Below, in pieces: positions 38,257 through 51,360 of a DNA stretch of 64,000 nt. The stretch comes from Octopus bimaculoides (Eukaryota). Numbering within the stretch: position 1 is the stretch's first letter; each line of letters starts with the position of its first letter. Where the stretch lies: assembly GCF_001194135.2 (NCBI RefSeq), contig NC_068982.1, positions 39,874,717 to 39,938,716 on the forward strand, in the 5' to 3' direction. Position numbers and translations under genes: made by a program. The notes beneath the pieces are model-generated. The model searched no databases. It was not told where the DNA came from and worked only from the letters and a program-made list of their open reading frames with translations.

Positions 38257-38490
38257 TGTCTGTATATGTGTATGTGTGTGTCTTTGTATCTGTTTGTCCC
38301 CCACCATGCTTGACAATCGGTGTTCGTGTGTTTATGTCCCTGTAACTTAGTGGTTCTGCAAAAGAGTAAACAGAACATGAACCAGGCTTCAAAATTTAGC
38401 ACTTGGATGGATCCGTTCGACTAAAATTATTCAAGGTAGTGTCAAAGCACGCTCGCAGTCTAATGACCGGAAAAATTAAAAGATGAAAGA
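38013..38490 (+). mobile_element. Diverged SINE family A copy with internal (TATG)n
   Basis: Same head, body and tail order as 3844-4267. Confidence 0.8.
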
Positions 38491-39014
38491 TTATTTATAC
38501 AGTATTTGCGTAATACAGTGACACCGCTATTTTCTTTTTTCTCAAATATATGAATTTAAATATTGAAACAGATTTGTGCAACATCTGAAGACGCGACTTT
38601 TTAACGTCATGTGAATTTTGATAATGACGATGAAGAAAATAGAAACGGAAGCATATACACATCTATTTATTTTCCAGATACGAAAGGAACATAAGGATAG
38701 TTACACTTGGAAATGTATATTAGCACACACCGTTGCAATCCCTGAATTTTAGGAATAATAAAGATATGTGCATTTTATTCACATTTGGTTGTATCGTCTT
38801 TTATTTCACAATAACTAACGTAAAGTTATATGCGTTATCACCTTGTTATATATTGAATAATTTATTTAACACCTTATCTAACTAGCTATAGCTAATCTTT
38901 AATAGTCAATCAGAATGAATATTTAATGTGCTGAGAGCATTTATCGTATTCAATTGTTTATGTTTTTAATTCACACTCACATCGAATGAACTGAAAGCAT
39001 TCAGGTATCTACCA

Positions 39015-39092
<78 letters not shown>

Positions 39093-39369
39093 ACACGCAC
39101 ACACACATATATATATGTATATATATATATANNNNNNNNNNNNNNNNNNNNNNNNNNNNNNNNNNNNNNNNNNNNNNNNNNNNNNNNNNNNNNNNNNNNN
39201 NNNNNNNNNNNNNNNNNNNNNNNNNNNNNNNNNNNNNNNNNNNNNNNNNNNNNNNNNNNNNNNNNNNNNNNNNNNNNNNNNNNNNNNNNNNTATATATGA
39301 ATATTTATAATCTAAAATTCAACAAAGAATTATGAATAACGGTGAAAGGGTATAATCAGTCATTGGGAG

Positions 39370-40100
39370 ACAGAGCTTATTAAGGCCTCCCACTTATTTT
39401 CATCTTCTCTGTGCTTCGAGCCTCAAAGAAGCACAGGACTACTTAGATTGTGTCATATGAGAAGCAAAGTCTGTGGGGCTAGGAATAAACGAATCTAAGA
39501 CAGAGTACATTACCATGAATATAAACACAGGTGAAGCAACAGGCCTCCTGATAAATGGAAAGCAGCTATCCAGCGTTCATACCTGTAACTGATCTCTCTC
39601 ACAACTCAAATAATGACATCATAGAGAGAAGGAGAGTGGCATGCAGTGCAATATCGCAGCTTCAACACCTCTGGTCGTCTGACATCAACCCAAAAACGAA
39701 AGTAAAGATGAACAAAACTCTTTCGGCCGATTTTTAAATGTGGATGCGAGACATGGGTAATAAATTCGAATCGACAAAGGAACAATGGTGAACACTTTTT
39801 CACACAAGAAACCTGGGGAAAATATATCAGATATCCTGTAACGACTAGGTTGACAATGATATATTGTACCAATGACTGACGAAAAGCAAATGAGCACAAG
39901 GATAAAGGGACTCCGGCAAAGAGGGATTGGTCACTAACAGTGACACCCACTCAATGAATGCTATCAATAGTGTTTGCTGCTTAAAACCCTACATGGTGGG
40001 AAGCGCGAGAGAAAGTGACCAAGAACAACTTACCACTGTATGATTCGTACAGACTGCGGGATATTGCACAATGAAAGACTTCTAGCGACTGAAGATAGAA
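39370..40100 (+). mobile_element. RTE-clade LINE 3' fragment (post-RT), pseudogenised
   Basis: SLKEAQDYLDCVI*EAKSVGLGINESKTEYI; IIERRRVACSAISQLQHLWSSDINPKTKVK; KCGCETWV (cf. LLYGCETW). Confidence 0.8.
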
Positions 40101-41137
40101 ATATATACACACACACACACACTTACACACATACAGTTTAACCTATGCATACACAGCATTCCTGTGACAAAGCTTTCAAACATAGTGTGACAGCAGGTGT
40201 AATTAATTTATCTGCTTTATTTAAGTTCATTATTAATATTCTAAAAACAAATCCTTAACAAATAATGACAAGTTAAGAACCCTACTGACAACATTACCAC
40301 TTTCCTATATATAGAGAGGGAAACTGTTATTGATAGTGTTACGTGTAAGTGGATGCATATAAATAAAAGTAACACCCGTAGGAAGAAAAACAAGGGAGAA
40401 ATGGTGTTATCGAGCTTTCGAGAATAATGAATTGTTAAACGTAATTCAAAATATCATCTAAAATATATACAGGAAAATTTTTGCATAAAATCAAATCATA
40501 TTGACGGCAAAGGGATATAATGATTTAAAAAATGAATGTAGCATGCATTGAACACAGAATAAATTAAAAGGATAAATATGAATCGGGTAACACGTTTTCT
40601 CGCTAACACATTGCTGTTATGCATATAGATAACACATTGCCCTCACGCATATTTTACACATCAAGCACACTGTTGTGATGCCAGCGGTTATTCACCAGAT
40701 TAAATAAACAATAACAATAACAATGAAAGGCCTATAGAGACTGTATGCAGCTCAGAGAAGCAGCAATTTTGCGATAACCAGTATTTGGATAAATCAATAG
40801 CAGATTTCAGCAAGCTTTATGAACGTATTCATGTTTGCTGAAAATGTCATTTGTTGTTAGAAGGTGGCCATTACAATTAAATCCTCCGAGACGGGAATAG
40901 AATTAGAAAGCTGATTATGATGTCCAATTTTTAAACGACAGTATAGACGCTGTGAGTTATGAGAAAAGGGAGAAAAAACGACATCAGCCACGGTCGGCAC
41001 TGGATTCCATGGTTATTACTATTGTGTATTTTCGCACTTAAGTAAAATCATCTCTGTTTATCATTTGTATATGCGCTTGTATGAGATTGTGTATCTGTTT
41101 GCAAATACATCTAATAATATAATTCTTTCTTTCAAGA

Positions 41138-41185
<48 letters not shown>

Positions 41186-41201
41186 NNNNNNNNNNNNNNN
41201 N

Positions 41202-41241
<40 letters not shown>

Positions 41242-41654
41242 GCATACGCGCACAAGGATTTCTATCTATCTACACACACACACACACACGCACACATATA
41301 TATATACATACATACACAAATATATATATGCATACGTATATATGAAAATATGTGTATATATGTAAGGATGTATACATACAAGAATTAAGAATATGCAAGC
41401 TTTCCTCGTTTGCTGTTGTGGGCGAATTTTCTTCAACGTCATATAAATAAATCAGAAAGTTGGCGATGTGCTGAATGAGATATACAAATAATCTTATGGC
41501 TTCTCTTGGTGATATAAATAACAAAAATTATAGGGCAAATATAAAAATATCATTCTTTTTTATAAATAATTAATTCTAAAAATACATGTGCGCAATAAAT
41601 CACTTCAACATGAACATATGTACCAATATGTATCTGTATCTATCTGTCTACCTA

Positions 41655-41660
41655 AGCTAC

Positions 41661-41728
<68 letters not shown>
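41655..41728. repeat. (CTAT)n microsatellite
   Basis: Seen directly. Confidence 0.9.
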
Positions 41729-41730
<2 letters not shown>

Positions 41731-44559
41731 TCCCCTGAAATAAACTACATTAAGATGAGTTTGTGCATTTGTCTTATTTTACTTTATCTAATTGAATTTG
41801 TTAAATATTAACTTTTTACAGGCATATGCCAGTTATTTCTGTATTTTTACTTTGAGAAAATAACAATCCCAAAATCTAATGACTCAAACCTCACAGAAAT
41901 ATATTTTCATGATAACTGGGCTTATTGTAAGTTCGTTCATTAAAATTTCTATCATACTTTCCTTTGTAAAAATACATTTGATACTCAATTTAAACGTAAT
42001 GAATAGTTCTTCTTATAATGTTTAATTGTCTTTACAATTAAAAGCAATTAGTATAAAGACAAATTTGTGTCATTAGTACCAACATACGTTTCACCATTGT
42101 GGTCATTTGGAACTCTGCACTAGATTCTCGAAGCGCAATTGGATGCTTAAGGGCAATGGATGATTAGGTGAACGCTCTATTGCATTATGTAAGTATTAAT
42201 GTGTCTTCTTATCACTTGTGACTAATCAACCAATTGCATTTAGGAAATCCATATTGATACAGTGATGAAATGTACGTAGGAACTAATGATACAAACTGGT
42301 GTTTATCGTAATTTCTTCTATAGGTTCTCTGTATCTCATAACCTCTAATACTAATAATTACAGTTGTAGCCAAATCATTACACTGGAAATAGACTGGGTG
42401 ATGATAATCTACGTCGAGCTCTAAACTCAGGACGCCCACGTTATTGTTTACACGTATACTGACGGAGAGAAATGATTTTAAGGAATAAAACCTGAATTTT
42501 CAAAGTGTCTACACTTTATTACTACACTCTTAGCGGTGCCAGTAAAGGAAAGATTAGTAATATAAAAAAAGAAAACAGAAAAAAAATTAACACTAAGATG
42601 AGACTTGAAACGAACTAAAATATTCATGTAAAAAATACATAAACAGGTGTTAGGACAGAGGCACAGAAAAATGCATGCACTATTTCAGTATTCAAGTCCA
42701 GAATACAAGGGCATTTTAAATTAAATTATAGTTAGCACTGCCACTTCAGCTTTGACATCTAAAATTAACCAGAGATATAAATACATTATATACCGCTTTG
42801 CAAAATGATCGCAAACTGATTGCCTCCTTATTCACAATAAGGCCCATGGTAGGTTCCTTTGCTCACATATTACCTATGCTGTCCTTGCACACTCCGTTTC
42901 AATGCACACTCCAGTCAATCGCTCCGTACTCTTGGTCATGCACGTTTTACTTAAATGCGTTGTATTTCATTTGTTGCCGCTGTTATTCTAACATCATGTC
43001 TATTAGTTGCGTATATATCTCAGTCCAACCAGTGTTGGACTGCATCGCAACGATTACGGCCCATTCATTTCGAAACTGGCCACTGCCGTGTAAAGAGCCT
43101 CTCTCTTGCTCATTTTGCTTCCTAATAATATTATTGACATTGCCGCACAAACAATAGTGTTCACTCACTCTCGTAGTAGCATGTTCCAAGAGGCTTTGGC
43201 TAATTTAAATTTCTCCGCTTGTGAGATATAAAAATCAGCAGAAATTCCATGAAAGAAGCCAATATATTCTCATAAAAACATGACAGTACATTTTTTTCCA
43301 TCCTCAGTAGCATTTCTGAAGGTATTTCATGTACTTCGAATTTGCCGTAAGAGTCCCACTTAATAGTCATATTGATAACGCAACACCTTAATCAAACTTG
43401 CCAAACCGCAGTCACCCTTTCTCAACTTATCCCAAATTTCGAACCCAATTTTGAGCATCTTGCATGGATACTGGAGAGACAGAGCCAACATTCTTGTTTG
43501 TTTCTTAAATGAGCTACCTTCCATTTTGAAAACAAACTGTCTTAACTTGATTTCACATTATAGAAATACTGCATGATTTTTCCCTGCTTTACTTCAGAGT
43601 TAATGTAACAGGAATAGCTCAATTCATCCAACTGGACTAATGCTCTTCGTTTCACTTCATGCTTCCAGTATGCCAGTAATGTTCTGAATAAAAGTAAAAA
43701 CAGGTTGCATGTTAGTGAATACAATTTCGAGAACTCATACTTAACATAGTTGTAAAGATGAAATAATTTGTATTCAGACTTTTATCGTTACAGAACTCAT
43801 TTGCAGTTTATAAATTGAAATGTTGTATTGTGTTATTCATATTTGTAAGTATATCACAAAAAAGCAAATGGCGAATAAATTCATGAAAATTAACTACAAG
43901 AATGATGATTGTAAACAGGAAATATATAGATGTTAATTAAGTTAAGAGTGGATAAATCAAAACAGAAATAAAAACAGGAATAATAATTTTCAGCTTTATT
44001 TACGAAGTTACTGAGCATGTGTCAATAGCTATTGCTTGTTCTCCGGTAAACTGCACATTTAGTGGTTTCATACAATCGGACATATGCATCAGTTGATATT
44101 GAAATGCCAGGCAACCCGGATGTGTCTCAGTGTTAAGGTTTGATGTGGTTTGCTAGTTCATTGCAACACACTGTGGAGTGGGGATGTTATCAAATGGAAT
44201 ATATATTAAAATCTTTTATGTTCAAGTGGGATACAGGATGAGGGTTCCAGAAGGAACAGCATTCGTAGAAAACGCTTGAATATGCATTGCATATCCTTAC
44301 ACGCATAAATATATGCAGAAAACATACAAACACAAACATCACACACACAATAAATTCTATGCATATCTACATCGATACGCGCACACACAAATGTATATAT
44401 ATGTGTATACAAATTAACTCACACACACATATCTGTGTGTGTATTAGTGTATGTATATATGTATGCATGTATGTATGTATGTACGTAAGTATGTGTGTGT
44501 GTTATGTTATTACCGTATTAGATTTCGCGGGTGCAAAAAATTAAGTGACACGGAGATTA

Positions 44560-45250
44560 GTCTGAAATATTATTGAATGAGGCGAATGCGTGGGAGAGAG
44601 GAGAGAGAGACCACGGGAACCTACGCCAAGAAGATCTATGAGCGGAGTCATCCATGAAACAGGAGAGCTATATGCCTGCAATGGTCACTAAGGACATGAA
44701 GACAACTGGACCTTCAGTGATAGTTAACGAGATGCAGACGAGATTCAAGCATATGTAGTCGTTCAAGCATGTTGAAACGACGACGACGAAGACTAACGAA
44801 CTAGTTAAGGAAACAAGACGGCAATACAGAGAATCTTCATACAGTAATGAATATATAATACCAATGTATAGTGAATCAACAGATGTCATGTAACGATAAG
44901 TGATCGATTTGAAATGATTATAGATAAAGTGAATCGTTTGGCAGAGCGAATAATTAGTCAAAATCAGTATAAAATTGTTAATTAAACACTTAAATTGGCG
45001 CCTAGATCTGCATAGAGGATCTATTTTAACGACGTTTGGTGTCGCTTCAAGCTTGCAATTGAGTAATGAATTGAAATTTGAGAGTATCGACAAAGCATTA
45101 CGAGGAACTGGTGTACAATAATAACACGTAAGATGTGGGGGCTTATTTGGGTTTATTAATATAAGTATTTGGCGTAATTGAATATAGTTTAAAACACTGT
45201 GAGTTATTGGTGCGCATAACCTGGGTTAGGATAGTTTTAGCGTAAGCAAT
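44560..45250 (-). mobile_element. Possible decayed Penelope-like RT fragment
   Basis: MTSVDSLYIGIIYSLLYE (cf. TxDVxSLYTNIPH) and CFMDDSAH...SLSPL in PLE-RT order; highly diverged. Confidence 0.35.
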
Positions 45251-45689
45251 GCAAAGAACCTATTCACCTTTAAAATTGTGATGTATAATTTCAACTTTTG
45301 TTCTTTTTCTTTCCTATACTTTGCTTGTTGCTCTTTCCCCACTACGTTTAATTTCTTCTGATTGTTTCAAGATGTATTTTTAAGATTTATGTCTGTATTG
45401 AGTTTTGTTGCGTAGTTTATTCTGTTCTTTGCAATATTCTACACAACGTATGAATCTGCTTGTATCTGGTTCTGTATGTGTGCATGCCTGTAGGAGCAAC
45501 AGGTATGTGTCTCTGCATATCTCAATTTTTTAAATATTCCATTCTGTTATGTCCTGCAGAGCAATGTAAAATATACATCAGACTGAAATAAATAATTGGA
45601 TTGATATGACTGTCTAAAATTCTCGAAGGCGATACTCCAGCATGTTCACACCAGGTGAACAAAAAGTAAAAGTATATATACCTATGTAT

Positions 45690-46200
45690 AGTTCAAATTT
45701 ATAGAACAGCAAAAGATGAAAACAGGTGTAGGAACAACAAGCAGGTTTATTAGTTTAACGCTGGGGAATATGGAAAAGTCTTTTTACGTTACGAGCCTAC
45801 GCTCTTCGACAGAAAGGAATAAGAGAGAGAAAAAATGAAGTGCGAATGAAAAAAATGGGGAGAGAAAAAAAACAGTGTAGAGTTCAGCGGTCTAATATTT
45901 ATATACATAAAAAGGTAAATGTAGGAATAAGCGAATTAGACAGAGCAATATATATGGTGTGTTGAATACATGAAATACAAAAACAGTATATATGTATAAA
46001 CATAAAAATGTCCAACTTACACAGATTAGAAATGATATAGAGAATTAAATGGGTGAGGAAGAATATCACAAATCCAACAGCTATCTGTGGTGGCTAGGTG
46101 GTCAATAATAATGTTTGTAGATTGATTCCATCACAGGATGAGACGGATTCCATCTTTGAAATTCTCTTCAATGTAAGATCTCTCCCCAGTGTAAGTCGGA
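45690..46200 (-). mobile_element. PLE-type 3' end with degenerate hammerhead
   Basis: Minus: ...SSCDGINLQT (cf. PxGIN at the GIY-YIG end), pyrimidine-rich tail, then UUU-CUGUCGA-A-GAGC[GUAG]GCUC-GUAA-CGUA^AAA at 45781-45815. Confidence 0.5.
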
Positions 46201-47139
46201 ACTGTTTTTATGTATACATTTTTGCATTTCATGTATTTAATACATCTTATATATTCATCTGTCTAATTCGCTTATTCCTACATTTACTTCTATACCCGAT
46301 CAAGTATAAATCTCTTGAGCACTACTGAGTGTATTCTATACGGAAAGTATTTGGATCCCATCTATGAACTATATATATATATATATATACGCACACACAT
46401 ACATATATACATATAAGTATGTATGTATGTTATATTTTTATCTACGTATAGACAGATATATAAATTTAGACTTAGAAAGAGAAAGAGAGAGAGAGAGAGA
46501 GTGACAGGCGCACACTGACACACACAAATACATCCATGGCAACTGTAATTCACAGGCTAAACGTTCGAATGACCTCGAATACATCTAAAGAAGCAATTAT
46601 GTAAACTTCAGACTTGAACAGGCCTACCAATTATTGAGCTTTATTGAAGAAAAAACAACAAAAACAAATTTTTAGTGAAATCGCATAATATAATTTCTGT
46701 TTCACATTTTTTTTTCTTTTTCAAGTGTATGTTTTTGTTATGTGCAAGGTAGCATTTTTGCTTTTCTTTCATAGCTGCTTTCATTTTAATCTCAGCGTGG
46801 ACAAATTAATGAACAAATGGCATAAAATATATCGGTAGCGATTAGGCATTATTCACACTTAACAGAATTATTAAGTACTTCTCAGTATATTCTCGAAAGT
46901 TATATTCCAAAATATCAGGTGTCTCACTTAACGTCAATTTATCGTGCTGGAGGCGAGCTTGGCGTAGTCAACAAAATGAAGTATTCAAACTCTTTGCAGC
47001 ATCGTAACTAACGGTCCACATTTTCCCAAGTTAATTGATTTCTCATTGTGGAGAATATTCTCATAGATAAATAGATATTTATGTCGGAATTGATAAAATA
47101 AGTATTAGTCAGGCAGTGGGGTTGGCGAAATCGAATAGC

Positions 47140-47555
47140 CCGCTCCAAAATTTCGGGCCTTGTGCCTATAGTAGAAAAGAATATCCTTTTCTTTTCTAAG
47201 TACAAGGCCCGAAATTTTGTGGGCGGGGACCCAGTCGATTAGAGCAACTCCAGTACGCAACTGGTACTTAATTTATCCACCCTGAAAGGTAAAGTCGACC
47301 TCAGCGGAATTTGAACTGGCGTGCTAATGTTTCTCATTTCTTTATTTCCCACATGGGGCTAAACAATGACAGACAAACGGATTAAGTCGATTACATCGAC
47401 CCCAGTGCATAGCTGGTACTTTATTTATCGACCCTGAAAGGATGAAAGGTAAAGTCGACCTCGGCGGAATTTGAACTCAGAACGTAACGGTAGACGAAAT
47501 ACCGCTAAGCATTTCACCGGGCGTGCTAACGTTTCTGCCAGCTCGCCGCCTTAAT
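47140..47555 (-). mobile_element. Nested/tandem SINE family B copies plus a tail-to-tail partial copy
   Basis: ttaaggcggcgagctggcagaaacgttagcacg...gttcaaattccgccgaggtcgac (47555-47330), second truncated copy 47330-47200, inverted tail aaaatttcgggccttgtgc at 47146. Confidence 0.85.
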
Positions 47556-48459
47556 GTAGTACAAAAGAATATTATTGAAATGATTCTTTGTTTGCGTTGT
47601 TTTGATAGTAAATGTACTTTATTACTCGAAAAAATATTATTTTTACTGTAGGAATGTGTTGCAATTATTATTGTTTTCTCCTAAATTAGAATCTGGTCTT
47701 TTTATGCGCGTATTTCTTGATTTGTAACATTCACAATCGGTTTTGAATTCTTAATCTTGTTCTTTCTTAAATACGAATAGTATATGATTGGGAAATAGTG
47801 GATGTGTGAATGCTTAGAGTTTACCTCTATAGGCATGCAGCAACTGCTTCTGAGAAAATTATACAAGCTGCATCTAATTTATGATACAGCGAGAAATTTT
47901 TGGTCATGTGAATTAATCGGATATTTTTGATTTATATGAAAACTGTAGTTCTTTGGGCGGCAGTATTTCTACATTTCAAAGTAATGACTAGAACAAGCTT
48001 TCATTTACCAGAATGTTATATAATATCCCATAGTCATTAGATTCAGTCAAGTCTATACGGAGACACTTTCAGATTTCGTACTAATCGCATCAATCTAATA
48101 TATTTGATCCATTTGTCCAGAATAGGAGACACTAGCCCATTAACCTCTTTGAATAAAAAGGAGTGATATCAATTTTGATGCAATTGTGATTACAAGCAGC
48201 GTTTTGTAAGTAAGAAGTAGATATCCACAAGTAGTGTCTTAATGCAATTTCTCCCTTTCCTTACACGAATTATTTACAAACACTTTTCGATCTGTCCATT
48301 ACGTTTCAGCACTGACTGCAAATATCTATGCCTACATACTTCTGTATGTGTGCGATAATATGTGTGTATCGGACATGCATGCATACACACACACACACAT
48401 ATATACAAACTCACATATATTTATATATACGTACCTATACGTGTGTCTATCTATATGTG

Positions 48460-48544
<85 letters not shown>

Positions 48545-48619
48545 AGATGAATATGGTACTTAAGATGAGGCACCAGAATTTACTACGGTATTATCCATAC
48601 AATTTCAAAGTAAGGGGAT

Positions 48620-49110
48620 TAAAATCAAAATAAGCAACTCAATTTAATTAAACAACCCTATCGTTACATCAATTTAAAATGCAGAGCAATCCTCAGCTAC
48701 ACAAAGATATAGAATTTAATTAGAATTTAATTAAATTAGAACAATTAGTATAATTATACCAAAAATTTCCAAGAAGTTAAGAAGATAAACAAATCACCAT
48801 GTTGCCTCTACTTCAGAGTAGAAGTTACAGAGTAACTTCTATGGTGAAGTAACTTCTATGCTAAGTAACTTCTGTGCTGAAGTAGAGGCAACATGTTCTT
48901 TGTCTATCTCCTTAACTTCTTGGAGATTTTAGGGATAATTATACTAATGTGTCTATCTGTTCTAATTTAATTCAATTCTATGTCTTTGGGCAGCTGAGGA
49001 TTGCTCCGCATTTTAAACTGATGTAATGATTGGATTGTTCAATTAAATGGAATTGCATGATACTGCGATCGTACTGCATTACCGCTGGATATCCTTGTTG
49101 TTTATTTTGA
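48620..49110. repeat. About 490-bp fold-back palindrome of an interspersed repeat (family also at 7110-7260 and 50220-50460)
   Basis: Left ...ttacatcaatttaaaatgcagagcaatcctcagct... vs right ...agctgaggattgctccgcattttaaactgatgtaa...; apex gaagttac-aga-gtaacttc at 48821-48839. Confidence 0.88.
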
Positions 49111-49273
49111 TATATATATATATATATATANNNNNNNNNNNNNNNNNNNNNNNNNNNNNNNNNNNNNNNNNNNNNNNNNNNNNNNNNNNNNNNNNNNNNN
49201 NNNNNNNNNNNNNNNNNNNNNNNNNNNNNNNNNNNNNNNNNNNNNNNNNNNNNNNNNNNNNNNNNNNNNNNNN

Positions 49274-49329
<56 letters not shown>

Positions 49330-49402
49330 CAGAGAGAGATAGATAGATAGATAGTAAAAATAATAGTCTAAAGGAAGAGTAACTACGGTTAGGCAGTATT
49401 TT

Positions 49403-49523
49403 AATCCTACGAATGTTTCGATACATACAGATCATCGTATATACAGGACTTAATGTTAAGTTCAAATCAAGTTGTTAACTATTTACCTGTGTAAGAAGAT
49501 CTATTTGCATCTCTTCAGGCGAT
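49403..49523 (-). ncRNA. Hammerhead with extended stem II (left copy; stem I damaged)
   Basis: AUCGC-CUGAAGA-GAUGC...(about 83 nt)...GUAUC-GAAAC-AUUC-GUA^GGAUU. Confidence 0.6.
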
Positions 49524-50063
49524 ACTCAGTTGCTGTCTCAGTGAGTAAATCTAGATTTCCATGCTACAACATCCATGGATTCTTCTATATAGATATAACT
49601 ATGTACATGAAAATGAGTAGACAAATGTATAAGCGTCTATGTATAGATGTGAATGTAGATGAGTATATGTATGCGTGTGTGCATCTGAATATATGTACAT
49701 ATATTATATATATATATGCATGTATATGTGTACGTGTCTGGGTGTGAGTGTATATGTGTGTGTGTATGTGTGTATGTATGGAAACACTCAGTGATGTATG
49801 GTATGTCGGTGTGTAAGTGATTGTATAAGTATGAGCTAATAGCTGAATGTATTCTGCATAATGGTACAGTTTGGCATGTACAGAATAATATGCTGAAACT
49901 GAATAAATAAATAGACAACGTGCACATTGCAGCTCATGTCGAACGTGATAACACACGCAAACCCAGCGAATTGAAACCGTCAGCGTTTATTAGTTTTAAA
50001 GAAGAAGCCATGGATATTGCAGCATGGGAATCTAAATTTTGCTTACGGAAACAGCAACTGAGT

Positions 50064-50185
50064 ATCGCCTGAGGAGATACATATACATCTACTTATACAG
50101 GTGAATAGTTAAATAATTTAATTTAAACTTAACTTTAAATCCTGTATATACGAGGATCTGCATGTATCGAAATATTTGTAGCGAT
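50064..50185 (+). ncRNA. Hammerhead with extended stem II (right copy)
   Basis: AUCGC-CUGAGGA-GAUACAU...UAUACAGG..AGUUAA..UUAACU..CCUGUAUA...AUGUAUC-GAAA-UAUUU-GUA^GCGAU; 5-bp stem I, 7-bp basal stem II. Confidence 0.75.
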
Positions 50186-50979
50186 TAAAAAGCTGCCTAA
50201 CCGTACTTATTTTTACTTTTGATAATTGAGATTCAGTTGAATTAGGTACTTAGGTTCAAGCACCAATCAGTCCGATATTATACGCACGGCCTGAAGGTGA
50301 ATAAAATCAAAATAAGCAACAGGATTTCAAGTAGTGATACAGTACGACCGTTTAATTGAACAATGCAATCATTACATCAATTTAAATGCAATACCATCTT
50401 TAGCTGCAGAAATAAATTAATAGAAGTTTAACAAGTAGGACACATTAATATAACCTTTTACAAGATGGAAGAAATTCATGTTCTCGCTATTGTAGCTAAG
50501 AATAGACTACACTTCCAAGAATCGCATGGAGCCTGAGGGGTGGGTGGGTCATAGTGTTGTAAGATATTTCTAATTTATTTATCACCTTATCAACTACTAT
50601 ATCTAAGACTGTATCTAGTTTGAATAAAGGACAACAGTGAGTTGACTGTACATGACTAGGCATGGTCTTAAATATTGACATATGTATCTGTTTTCCTCAG
50701 GGTGCATTATAAAAATTATTTTGCGACACAAAGAAGACTTTATTCTTCATGTGCAAAAATTTAGGTTACGTATTTTAAGTTTCACTACTGACACTTAACA
50801 ATGTGTTACACATGATATTGAAATGTCTACTACATTCATTTCTGTTATATAACACGTCCTGCGTGATGCATTAGATTGATCACATAACGTCAAAATATGA
50901 TATCAAATAAAACAGATAAGTACACAGGCTAACAAACATTAACTAACTCCTCACTCAATTTATTAAGTATTTAGGCTTC

Positions 50980-51360
50980 ACCTATCTAAAATGTTCAGCC
51001 TCATCTCCCATATCCTCTACAAAACCCTACTGCTGATAATTGTTTCTGACTGAAAAGCTTTCTTGAAATCTCTGCCTACGATCTTTCGACCAAAACAATT
51101 AACAGCATTCTAGAACATTTTAGATAAACAATACTCATTGCAACTCTGTCGAAGACAAAATATCAAAAGCTTTTTCTCACCTGGAGATGCATGAAGATCA
51201 AAATCCGAATTCTTTGCTTCCTGAAGCTTATCACACACTGATCAGCACCAATGAGCGTACAGATAATCAAGCTGCAATTTAAAACTTTTGGCGTCTATTT
51301 CCCTTCAGTGTGAAATCGGAAATCAGTTTATCAGCTTTACAACGTAATCTAACACATATC
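50980..51360 (-). mobile_element. Possible decayed LINE RT fragment
   Basis: Minus strand DKLISDF... and EKAFDIL (RT motif 3-like); many stops. Confidence 0.35.

Larger units (their letters stand above)
49355..50215. repeat. Inverted repeat (arms about 49380-49585 / 50000-50197), each arm carrying a hammerhead
   Basis: For example caggcgatactcagttgctgt vs acagcaactgagtatcgcctg, and tacggttaggcag vs ctgcctaaccgta. Confidence 0.88.

Noticed and set aside
42350-43720. Exon-like open stretches (PNHYTGNRLGDDNLRRAL; RTLLAYWKHEVKRRALVQL)
   Set aside because: Short, on opposite strands, not joinable, and no recognisable family.
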